From Ginkgo biloba (taxonomy: Eukaryota > Plantae > Ginkgophyta): 20,830 nt of DNA. Location: positions 196,099,923 to 196,120,752 of the forward strand of contig JANKJI020000002.1 of NCBI GenBank assembly GCA_024626585.2, written 5' to 3'. The notes under the pieces are model-generated. The model was not told the DNA's origin and did not search any database. It saw only the letters and a program-made list of their open reading frames with translations. Made by a program: the position numbers and the translations under genes. Below, piece by piece: positions 1 to 10,430 of the stretch. How positions within the stretch are numbered: position 1 is the first letter of the stretch; the number at the start of each line of letters is the position of its first letter.

Positions 1-565
1 ACAAACGCTCTCCGTGCCAGCCGATTAGGAGCGATTTTGGCATGCAAAGCCATATTTTGAGTGAGTGGAAGTGATTTTTACGAGTGTTGAAAAATACTAA
101 TTTCTATTCGTTGGAGGAGAAATAGATAGATAAATCTGGCGCGGGTGAGAATACAGATGTGTTTGAACTTCGGTATGAGAGTGTGCAGAGTTCAATTGAA
201 AAACAATATAAATCTATTTAAACAAATTCAATTTTGGTTGCCTAATGATTTCATAACAAATTTTGGAATGTATTCATTTTTGTGTCATTCTTAGAAGAAA
301 TATTATAATCATAGAGATTGTTGTTTTTGGTAATAAGTTTAAAAATAATGAAGGGAAGTTGGAGGTTCAATAGGAAATGGTGACAATGGTTAAGATCTAG
401 TAGAGAAACAAGCAGCTCAGTGCCTTGGACGCTGCTAAAAACTACCAAAAAAAAAATTTGTGGCCGTGCTCTCACAAGCAGAGTTGATGCACAACTATGC
501 ACCCAACAAAGCACAATTTGTGTACTTTTCAACACAGGTGCAAAATAAGACATAATCTCAAACCA

Positions 566-706
566 TGTCACTACTCACATAAGATTTCATGCAAATAGAA
601 ACAAAGCCCTTATTACTAACACCCACCTTCAAATATATAGAAAGGTGAACATCAACATTAATTATGTTTGCATACAATATTCAATAATTTACTAGGAACC
701 GTGACA
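566..706 (-). mobile_element. Short (141 bp) LTR, probably the 5' LTR of a small decayed element
   Basis: Termini form a 6-bp inverted repeat (TGTCAC...GTGACA). The minus strand has an internal CTATATAT and is followed directly by TGGTTTGAGATT (554-565), 8/12 identical to the tRNA-iMet PBS TGGTATCAGAGC. No partner LTR or TSD seen. Confidence 0.5.
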
Positions 707-1089
707 TCTATGTTGTTCCAATATATGTTGTGGACATAATACTTTGCGTTAAGTGGTTTTCTAACATTGATTTGACTCTGTGTCAATGTTTGAATGCTCA
801 AGTGATTTCTTTCGAACCTTTCCATGCAACCTTCTTTTCAATCTTGAGTTTTTTCTTCCATTACATCCATTCGTCGTCCTTGAATTGTTCTAGTGTTTTC
901 CTAGGCCTGTCCTAAATATAACTTAACATTGGGACTTTGGGGAAATTTTCATAGGTCAACTTACTGAGGCCATAAATTTAGAATACAAACTCTATTTTTT
1001 GAAAACAAGATATTTACANNNNNNNNNNNNNNNNNNNNNNNNNNNNNNNNNNNNNNNNNNNNNNNNNNNNNNNNNNNNNNNNNNNNNNN

Positions 1090-1395
1090 AAAATAATTGG
1101 GATCTTATAGGCAGAGGGAGCCTCGATAAATGGCAGTGGTAAATCATTGATGTTGGTTGTCATACTGAATTACTAGAGATTGCCTCCTAGAAGTATAAAC
1201 AACTAATAAAATAACCCCCATAACTAATTGTCGGACGAACTTGGGCAACTCCCAGAGGTCCAAGCAACACTTGAGCATTGTCTGATAGTCAACGATAATT
1301 GTCCAACTACTCCCACTAATATCAAATGACAATTAATGTTGCTCCCGACTCATATAGAATGTCAAGGCTAACCACATCCAAAATAGTTGCTAACA
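1090..1395 (-). repeat. 3' LTR of the main element (U3 part; remainder lost at or in the N gap 1019-1089)
   Basis: Starts TGTTAGCAAC on the minus strand right after the PPT. Colinear with about 12198-12503; 67/90 identities by hand count over 1306-1395 vs 12414-12503. Confidence 0.88.
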
Positions 1396-1410
1396 TCTAC
1401 TCCTCCCCTT
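1396..1410 (-). promoter_or_regulatory. Polypurine tract (PPT)
   Basis: Minus strand AAGGGGAGGAGTAGA abuts the LTR's TG. Confidence 0.9.
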
Positions 1411-1671
1411 AAACTTGAGCGTCTCGCTCAAGTCAAGAACAATGGAGTGAAGTGGAGGGAGGAACTAGTGAAGTTGGAGAAGTCGTTATTGAAGATGTTA
1501 CTAGAGATGGTATTGTATAGCTTGAACCACACTAACAAGTGTCATTGATGCTAAAGCCATGAATTGCCATGGACTTGATGATGATGTTGAGGCTCAAGTT
1601 GTTGTTGGTTCTCTCATTATAGGATTCCCAACTAACCTAGAGGCTTGAAAGTTGCTTATGTGCTTCATCAT

Positions 1672-2615
1672 ATCTTCACCATATTCTTCATAGCCTAAAG
1701 AGTTTTATCTATCGTATGACAATCGTGGACCACCTTTTGCTCCAATTGTTGGATGGTTGTGTAAAACTCAGCTCGAGGTTCCACCATAACTGTCTAATGC
1801 CCAACAGGATAATCCACCAACCATTGTTGCATATATCGAAGTGCTTCTAGACACTCTTCTTATAACTTGGCCATTTCCTGCAAAAACCTCTAGACTCACT
1901 TTTCCTTAACTCGCATCCAATCCTCCCATTGGACCAATGAGAATGCATACTCCTGATGGAACTTTTCCCAAACTTCTTTATCCACTTCTACATGCCATGC
2001 CTTTGGATCCTATCAAACTTTCTATTTATGGTGAGTGGAAGAACCCCCATGCCTATCTAATCCATGGCTCAAAGAACACATAATCCTCGAACACACTTGT
2101 ATCTCTTTCGAGCAATAACCAAGCACTAAATTCGAAGTAGTTAGTAAAGAAATATCTAGACAGGTGAATCAAAAAGATTGCTAGAGTTGCATAGATTATT
2201 AAAATGTTGGGTACANNNNNNNNNNNNNNNNNNNNNNNNNNNNNNNNNNNNNNNNNNNNNNNNNNNNNNNNNNNNNNNNNNNNNNNNNNNNNNNNNNNNN
2301 NNNNNNNNNNNNNNNNNNNNNNNNNNNNNNNNNNNNNNNNNNNNNNNNNNNNNNNNNNNNNNNNNNNNNNNNNNNNNNNNNNNNNNNNNNNNNNNNNNNN
2401 NNNNNNNNNCTCTCTGAACATTAGCCACCCTCCAAACAACCACAACTTCCTCATAGAAAACAACTACTCTCTCTTAGACTTCCTTTCAAACATTGACAAC
2501 TTTCTAACAAGCATCAACAACTTTATCCTAGACTTTCTTTTAGACATTGACAACTTCCCCTCGAATGCCAACAACTTCCTCCCCTAGTCATCACCAACTT
2601 CCTCCTAGCCAACTT
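1672..2615 (-). pseudogene. Extra sense ORF remnant between pol and the PPT (env-position ORF, unknown function)
   Basis: 2410-2615 reads as EEVVxxx heptads. 1672-2009 reads DPKAWHVEVDKEVWEKFHQEYAFSLVQWEDWMRVKEK*V*RFLQEMAKL*EECLEALRYMQQWLVDY... without a frameshift. Confidence 0.65.
2420..2615. repeat. Imperfect 21-bp / 54-bp coding minisatellite
   Basis: Recurrent CAACTTCCTC/GACAACTT units. TAGACTT..ACATTGACAACTT occurs twice, 54 bp apart. Confidence 0.8.
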
Positions 2616-2994
2616 TGTGCAAAATGCATAATTGACAAGAAGCCACATGGATACTATGCATAACCTTCCAAAAAGAAAACAAGTAACTTTTTTTGAGTTA
2701 TGTGGGCCCCTCCTAGATGTGTTTTCTTTTTTCAATCAATTGGACTCAATTGGCAGTCAACGAGGCTCATTGGGCTTAATCAATGGCAGAATAAGTCCAA
2801 ATAAAATCTGCAATGACCACTCAGTAACACGATTTTCCAGGCAGCCTTCAGGTGGCTAAGTTGGTTGGTCATCTAGCAATGCAATTATTCAAATAGTTGA
2901 TCAACCATGGAATGATAGCAAAATAATGCAAGGTACCACACAAGACCCCTCTTTTTTTTCCTTTTATTTTCAAAATTTTAAAAACAAAGGACTT

Positions 2995-3529
2995 TTCAAA
3001 TACTTCCCATACTAAACCATTGTTTGACATCGTCACAGATCTTGCATTGATGAAAGTTGGTCATTCCTTTTTCCAAACATGGAAATTTGCTAAAAAGCAA
3101 GGCCTTGTCCTATTTCATCGCCGCTTTCCCAGTAATGAATAATAGCCTTTTGCTCATCTTGTATTAGTTTCCAAGTGAATGACAAGAATAAATCTTTGTT
3201 GAATTAACTAGACTTTCATCATTCGTTGGATACTTTCCATCGCCTTCTTCGCTAAGAATAATAACTCGTCCCTTATCCTCTATTAGTTCTCAAGGAGAGT
3301 GATAAGATCGAATCTTTGTCAGAGCACAAAATATTAGGTTATTTTTGCAATCATACTTGTCTAAATAATTTCTTTCTAGAAATACAAAGTGAATCCTTAT
3401 GTAATTTTGAATCATTAATGTTATTAATTTATTGCTTAACTTCAATGTCGATGAACCAAACCACAATATCATTTGATACGTGCCAAGAATCCATGGTTGA
3501 CTCTCATAATGAATAATAAAAACTTTCAC
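2995..3529 (-). pseudogene. Repeat-containing extension downstream of the integrase C-terminal domain
   Basis: AATCTTTGT anchors at 3191 and 3311 give a 120-bp period. The copies translate as TKIRSYHSP*ELIEDKGRVIILSEEGDG and TKIYSCHS/WKLIQDEQKAIIHYWESGDE (second copy has a 1-nt frameshift). Confidence 0.6.
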
Positions 3530-4580
3530 TTGAATCCATTAACTGCTCCTCACAAAGAACCATCCAAGTTGGACAATTACACAACACCATTCTCGTAAAT
3601 CTAAGTCACCACAAATGGTTTGAGCCATCTGATCTTCAACCTTCTTGGTTTAAATGGNNNNNNNNNNNNNNNNNNNNNNNNNNNNNNNNNNNNNNNNNNN
3701 NNNNNNNNNNNNNNNNNNNNNNNNNNNNNNNNNNNNNNNNNNNNNNNNNNNNNNNNNNNNNNNNNNNNNNNNNNNNNNNNNNNNNNNNNNNNNNNNNNNN
3801 NNNNNNNNNNNNNNNNNNNNNNNNNNNNNNNNNNNNNNNNNNNNNNNNNNNNNNNNNNNNNNNNNNNNNNNNNNNNNNNNNNNNNNNNNNNNNNNNNNNN
3901 NNNNNNNNNNNNNNNNNNNNNNNNNNNNNNNNNNNNNNNNNNNNNNNNNNNNNNNNNNNNNNNNNNNNNNNNNNNNNNNNNNNNNNNNNNNNNNNNNNNN
4001 NNNNNNNNNNNNNNNNNNNNNNNNNNNNNNNNNNNNNNNNNNNNNNNNNNNNNNNNNNNNNNTGGTCCATGTTCATGAGCATAATATAGACTAAACTTGC
4101 AATGTGTGATCGCAAATTCCATGGTCACCTACTTAAAAATATGATTAATGAAATAACATCCTCAATCATTAGCCAATTTCAATAGACATCCAAATCAAGT
4201 AAACACACATTCATACAAGAATTCTGCAGTGCTATGCACAGAGTTATCTGATAACACCCAAGCTTCTACACATTTTGTCAATATTGAATGACAAAAACTA
4301 TGTATCAATGTCTCCTTTCCTCTATGGGTGGTTAAAGGGACCAACAAAATCAAGTCCCTAATGCTCAATCAATTCGTACAACAAATTTGAATGCAGTGAC
4401 ATGGAGTCTTTTTTGAGCGAACATCCCATGGATTAGCAGCTATCACATCACCTCACAAAGTCTTGGCATTTTGAAACAACATGGGCCACCACAGTTCAAG
4501 AATCAAAATTTTGTGTCGTCAATCCATGCCCCATGTGTCCTCTCACTAGTTTTGTGTCCACCTCTTGAAGGACCTTCTTG
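3525..4580 (-). pseudogene. pol: Integrase (zinc finger, core and GPY/F region), partly in an N gap
   Basis: RGHMG...LWWPMLF...CDSC, GLDFVGPF, LTKCVEA, FLYECVFT*FG, SLYYAHEHG (degenerate YYPQANG), then LKIRWLKPFVV...ENGVV*LSNLDG...VNG. Confidence 0.92.
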
Positions 4581-4624
4581 GCGTTGTATAGAAAATCATT
4601 GTCGATGCCCATTGATGATTCGCC

Positions 4625-4960
4625 AACTCTATTCGAGACAAGTGATTAGCTACCACATGAAAATTCCCCCAACACACCACAAGTTGAAAATTGAATTCTT
4701 ATAGCAATATCAACCATCGATTGATTCGCTTGTGAATGATCAACTTGCTAGCAAAATCTAATAGAGCTTTATGATCCGCAAAATAACAAATGCCTTGGGC
4801 ATTAGTAATGATGAATTTTTGGATTGCATATATCATGCGTAGGCCTTCCCACTCCATAGTGCTTTAATTTTGTTCTGCGTAATTCATTCGGCGACTTGTG
4901 ACATAAATTGGGAGATCCAATTTATTCACTCCTTTTTGATGCATCAACAGGAATATGAGA
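4625..4960 (-). pseudogene. pol: Ty3/gypsy RNase H
   Basis: VDAS, LDLPIYVTSRRMNYAEQN*STMEWEGLRMIYAIQKF, DHKALL, RWLILL*EFNF, VVANHLSRIE. Confidence 0.92.
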
Positions 4961-4984
4961 GTCGCCGTCCGAATCTAGAGACAC

Positions 4985-5328
4985 TAAAAGGAGCAAGCAC
5001 CAACTTTAACTTCTGTTCCTCAAAGGTTTGTTGTTGATTAGGTCCCTAAATGAAGATAGCTCCTTTGTATTACAATTCATATAAAGGATGGCTATCTAAG
5101 AGAATTTTTTTTTTAACAAATCATTAACAGTAGCCTATGTGCCCCAAAAAAGCTCGAACGCCACCTATATTCCTTACATGTCCCATATGGACTATCACCT
5201 AATCTTATGTCCATTTGTCTTAAGTCCTTGAGTGCAAATAATATGTCCAAACAATTTAACGCTTGCCACTAGCAACCAAAACTTCTTGGGATTTGATGCC
5301 AATTGAGCCTGTTGACATCTTTCTGTAC
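4985..5328 (-). pseudogene. pol: Reverse transcriptase C-terminal part and connection region
   Basis: ERCQQAQLASNPKK...KLFGHIICTQGLKT, VRAFLGHIGY, QQTFEEQKLKLVLAP. Confidence 0.92.
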
Positions 5329-5429
5329 NNNNNNNNNNNNNNNNNNNNNNNNNNNNNNNNNNNNNNNNNNNNNNNNNNNNNNNNNNNNNNNNNNNNNNNN
5401 NNNNNNNNNNNNNNNNNNNNNNNNNNNNT

Positions 5430-6645
5430 TGATATATCAAGATCAATCTTAGTTGTCTATTTTATTGTGGCCCTTTATAATGTCACAATCCTTTGCCATG
5501 TCGTAACCTTTTTTAATATCATAAAAATGCATAATATTATACATTTATCATTTATCATTTCACTATTATGATATTCTTTTGTGATGTTGTAACCTTTTAT
5601 CAGTTGTGTGCCTTTGTCACTCAACACTGCACTTTATTATGCCATAACATTTTGTAATGTTGTAACCTTATGTTAACTCACNNNNNNNNNNNNNNNNNNN
5701 NNNNNNNNNNNNNNNNNNNNNNNNNNNNNNNNNNNNNNNNAATTATGTGCAATATTTTATAAGTACTTATAACCTTAAACTCCTCTATTATGCATTTTCT
5801 TAATAGAAATTATAGGAATTTAAGATTTCAAAGTGTAAATGGGCCTTATTATAAGCCTAGGTAGTAGGTAAAAAACACCTACGTGGGACACTACCACTAA
5901 GACCTTGTTAGGGGTGTTTCCCATAGGATAACATTAGTAGTTTTTCTTCTAGACACAACAGTCAATTAAGATTGATTTTATACTAATCATTTAGCTTTTT
6001 TATATGATTATTAGCTTATTGCCATAATGAAATTGAATCCAATAATTATCTTTCTTATTCAAATCTAATCCAAATCATACCTTGCTAATTTAATGATGGT
6101 GGTATCCTTAATATTATCAATGAGATTTAAGAATTCTTTTCTAGATTTCTCCTCTATGAATAACTTTACTAGTTGAGGAAATTATCCTTTTTGGCCAACT
6201 TTATATAGCTCGATGGCCCCTTGCCATGCCTTCTCTTTTCTTTGAAGAATTATATTTTATTAGAATAGATTATGCTCGTTGAGGAAGGTATTAATATCTC
6301 ATATTATCCTTCCTACCTTCCAACATAGAGGGTTCATAAATCTTCAAGTTGTCAATATCAAAAGTAAGATAGATCCCTCCCTTTAGTCTCAAGTGTATAA
6401 ACTACTCATACATGAATTCCTAAAATATAAACATACATTGGGAGGCCACCCTTATCTTCCCCATAGGATAAGTAGTGAGATACGCCATGAATGAACCCAA
6501 TAACATACTCGCCTATTCACATAAGATCCTTTGCATACATCCATCATAGATCTCCATAACTCATAGGGGTAACCTATAATTAGTAATAAACCTTATGATG
6601 GATCATGATCATTATCACTATATATTATGTTATATATACTAATGG
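5430..6645 (-). mobile_element. Nested, internally deleted (non-autonomous) Ty3/gypsy derivative inserted in the host RT
   Basis: Non-RT sequence separates the two RT halves. It contains an integrase-tail-like segment (IDNLKIYEPSMLE...ELYKVGQKG*FPQLVKLFIEEKSRKEF, about 6100-6360), a degraded PPT (6078-6090), a putative LTR TGAT...ATCA (5430-6077), and a second copy of the LTR terminus at 6596-6640. Confidence 0.6.
5470..5672. repeat. Degenerate ~17-bp minisatellite (TTTGTRATGTYGTAACC-like)
   Basis: ATGTCACAATCC, ATGTCGTAACC and ATGTTGTAACC (twice) recur. Confidence 0.6.
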
Positions 6646-6649
6646 TATA

Positions 6650-7205
6650 ATTAGATAGCACAACATTTTTCCAACCACATAATCTCTATAAAATTGTAGA
6701 ATAATTCACTTAAATGTTGCCGAAGTATTTAAAAGACCAAAGAGCATCTTAATATAGGTGTAATGTAAAAAAGTGGTCTTCAACTTGCCTTCCCTATAAT
6801 ATTTATATTATTAGAGCCGAAGAGTCCATCTAAAAAATAGTAGATCCCATGGTCGGCTCGCTCCTCTAGAATGTTATCGGTGAACATAATCGAGAATTAG
6901 TCCTTTCTAGCCATTATGTTCAACTTCCAAAAATCCACAATTTGTTGGTTGATGCTCTTTTTAGAGAAATGACAATAATAGAGACACAAACACTTGTGTT
7001 CACCTTAAAAATAATTCTCGTATCCAATATATTCATGATCNNNNNNNNNNNNNNNNNNNNNNNNNNNNNNNNNNNNNNNNNNNNNNNNNNNNNNNNNNNN
7101 NNNNNNNNNNNNNNNNNNNNNNNNNNNNNNNNNNNNNNNNNNNNTTGGGGTACTCCTTTCAAGTCATGATGTGTTCATGCAAATACATCCTTGTATTCTT
7201 TATAT
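6650..7205 (-). pseudogene. pol: Reverse transcriptase N-terminal part and core
   Basis: YKDVFA*THHDLKGVP, VSIIVISLK, VDFWKLN..RKD*FSIMFTDNILE, YFLDGLFGSN, KTTF, MLFGLLNTSATF, ending at CYL where YLDD is expected. Confidence 0.9.
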
Positions 7206-7258
7206 ATATTCAATGCAGTTCCTATCAGCGCCAGATCCCACAATTTTTTTATAATAGC

Positions 7259-7520
7259 CCTTTAGGGATGCTCATTCATTCCCAAATTGACTTTAGTTGT
7301 CATAGAACCCTCATACTTGTTTTCTTCCTCATTTTGGAGTGTATGAGCTACAATTGTTCCCATGCCCATTTCCCCATATTGTACTTAGAACAACCTTTTA
7401 GGGATGCTTATTCATTCCTAGATTGACTTTTATTGACATGGGACCCTCATACTTATTTTCTCCTCATGTGGGAGTGTATGAGTTAGAATTGTTTCCATGC
7501 CCATTTCTCCATATTGTAGT
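7259..7520. repeat. Tandem duplication, two copies of ~135 bp, in the PR-RT linker
   Basis: TTTAGGGATGCT at 7261 and 7397; CATGCCCATTTC at 7361 and 7496. Confidence 0.95.
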
Positions 7521-7919
7521 CTTGAGGAATGAAGAGGAAATACCTTTTCTTCCTCGATTTCAGCTTCAACCTTAATTTTCTTGTATTTAGTATGAGGTTT
7601 AGCATTATTACTATCATCACCATGCTCTGTTTGATCAATCTTGACTTGGAAAATCCACGTGAGAATATTTCATACTCTACTAACAACCAATGTAATAGAC
7701 CATTGTTTGATAGAACACCATCTTCTAAACATCAATCCAGTATCGACAATACATCTTCCATCAACCCACACAGTGTGTCGCCAGAGGATGCATTATCTTC
7801 CACATCATTGCAGTCGTCATCCAATCCCAAACTTGATGGCATTAATTCTTCACTCACCAACCACTTATGCAAGCCAATACAAAGCCTCTTCCCATTGTGC
7901 TTCATGGCCAACATATCTT

Positions 7920-8230
7920 GCCCCTAATGCTAAATACATCTAGCATGTATAAGTCATACTCATGCAAGTAACATTAAATAGGCTAGTGTCTTGTTAGACA
8001 TTGTCCCCAAAATGTTTGACTAGCAATGTACCGTAAAAGTATGATTTGTAATGTAGATAACCTACCCCAACAATAGTCCTCACAACTTCGTCCAATTTTG
8101 ATCTGCCATCCATGGAATCGTAATGGCATTAGTCGACCAAGTTGTCCCACACTGTTTTCGGAATAATATTGACGCTCGATCCTCCATCCACAATGTTAGT
8201 GCCAATTCACAATCCTTTACTCTAATAGTA
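7920..8230 (-). pseudogene. pol: Retropepsin-like aspartic protease
   Basis: NIVDGGSSVNIIP (about 8160-8197), MADQ, and YLMLLA*V*L (degenerate LLGRxWL). Confidence 0.88.
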
Positions 8231-8769
8231 AATTTCCATCACATGATCTTCTCATAGTTGGCCTGTCAATGGGGAATCTACATCTGGGACGCTATCTACA
8301 ATAGCACCATTTTGGATTGGCATTCCTCCAATTGCAAATTCTACAATTGTGGGTCTCATTAATGTCTAGCTTGTGTACTTCATTGTGGGCATGAAGGACC
8401 AAACCTTCCACCATATTCAAGATACATGCATTTAAGTTTTCCCAACTTGACTAGGGCCTCCAATTGAAGATTTTGCCTTACCAAATCATTGGTAGACATT
8501 GCACCACTATCCATTGTCTTAACCCAAGTTGCTTTAACGTCAAGTGTCCTCTAAATCCCTACCTTTTGAGGTTCCTCTTGATCTTCTACCAACAATAGTT
8601 CCTCCTTTTGCAATTACAAAATAGTTTGATGAGAAGCTTCCAACCATTCTTTTACCACCATTAGTGTAGGATATTATTGGCTAATAATATTTAAGGANNN
8701 NNNNNNNNNNNNNNNNNNNNNNNNNNNNNNNTCATCTTCAATTAATTTTATGTGCTCAAGATGGCTCAT

Positions 8770-10231
8770 TTTGTCTTTATGATAATTCTTGTCATCATGA
8801 ACTCCAAGTCCATACCATTTGCACAGTCGTGCACCCCTTTGCTTCTGCAACGGAGAGCTTTTGATAAAATATCCCTACTCTTAACATTTGTAGCATTGCA
8901 TGACCGGTCATCTTGATTAGTCATACTCGATTCTCATCCCCTACGATTCTTGATTCAACCTCTAATTCTAATTGGAGAGANNNNNNNNNNNNNNNNNNNN
9001 NNNNNNNNNNNNNNNNNNNNNNNNNNNNNNNNNNNNNNNNNNNNNNNNNNNNNNNNNNNNNNNNNNNNNNNNNNNNNNNNCCTCTAATTCTAATTGGAGA
9101 GAAACTTTCGACAGCCATTGCATAAATCTCATCTCTTGCATTGGGTTTCTCAACTAGGGCTTTGTCGTCTGCAAGATAGACTCAAGTATCTTTCATCTAT
9201 CATTTATTCTTTACATTATAATTACACTCATTTGTACTATGATATCTAACCTTAGAGATATCATAATGTTTACTCAACTCAAAACATTTGCCCTTGAGAT
9301 GACCTTCAATTTTATATTTTGTGCACATATTTCTTTTTGCTCGTCCTTTTCATAACACATCTCCTTCATCATCCTCATTGTCTCTTGCCACAAAGTTGCA
9401 ATTAAGGACAACTTCTCATCTTCTTCTGTGAGAGTTGCCATGATAAGACGTCTTACTTTTGTCTCAAGATTTAGCACTCCTTGACAACTTGCTTCATCAT
9501 AAAAAGTAGGTGAAACCATCTTCATCTTCTACTCATATTTCAACAACATGCCCTCAATGACCCATTGATGCTTCTAGCCTTCTGTCACTTTGGACTCCAA
9601 TTTTTTTCATCAATGCTTTTATTCAATGATGATATAGGCAGACATTTTCTCCCCGCTCCTGCTTCAAATTATAAATCTTGTTGATGACTTCACCCTCTTC
9701 TTGTAGCAACTTAATTCATTTTCAAATTCTCCCCACAATGATTCCACTCCTTACAATGATCAACAAAAAGTTCCTTGTACCCATCATGGGCAACATCCTT
9801 CAATGTAGTTAGGGATGCCCTCACTTAATAATCTTTATTTTCTTGGCCATTAGCCATCCAAATTGTCTCACATACATTACAACATTGAGTAGGAACTTCT
9901 TTCCTATTCTCACTGAAGGTTGGCAGCCTCTTCCTTTCCCTACAACAATATTCATTATATGTGGATTTCTCCTCATTCTTGGCACATTTTGCCCACTTCG
10001 CACACTCGTTGATGAAATTCAGTCCCCTTGACCCTCCTCCATCATTGTCACTGACTAAGGACAAGCCTCTTGGTAACTTTAGTCTTTCAAGTCTTTTGTG
10101 TTCTTGGGTTTGAAGCCACGAACTCATTCTTTGTGTCCTTTAATAGGCTTTGTCAAATCAGCCTGCCAAGATTCTCCCTTTAGTTGCCTTTACCTTCACA
10201 ATTCTCCTCGGTAGGACTCATTCCACTTATG
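8770..10231 (-). pseudogene. gag: Gag (capsid-like domain plus four degenerate CCHC knuckles)
   Basis: LPTFSENRKEVPTQCCNVCETIWMANG...TLKDVA capsid region. Knuckle remnants: KIEGHLKGKC and DISKVRYHSTNEC (about 9210-9325); QCYKC*E*GYFIKSSP and LCKWYGLGVHDDKNY (about 8780-8900). Confidence 0.85.
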
Positions 10232-10430
10232 NNNNNNNNNNNNNNNNNNNNNNNNNNNNNNNNNNNNNNNNNNNNNNNNNNNNNNNNNNNNNNNNNNNNN
10301 NNNNNNNNNNNNNNNNNNNNNNNNNNNNNNNAAATTTTAAAAGTTCTTTTAAATTTTCCCTCTCTGTAGATGTTTTATGCTAAAAATTTTAAAAATTGAC
10401 TTAAAAGTTTAAGAATCTGAAGAGTTAGGC

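Noticed and set aside
7529-7927. 132-aa plus-strand ORF
   Set aside because: Antisense shadow of the pol PR-RT linker.
8959-9102. Identical 22-mer CCTCTAATTCTAATTGGAGAGA on both sides of a 100-N gap
   Set aside because: Most likely overlapping contig ends rather than a biological repeat or TSD.
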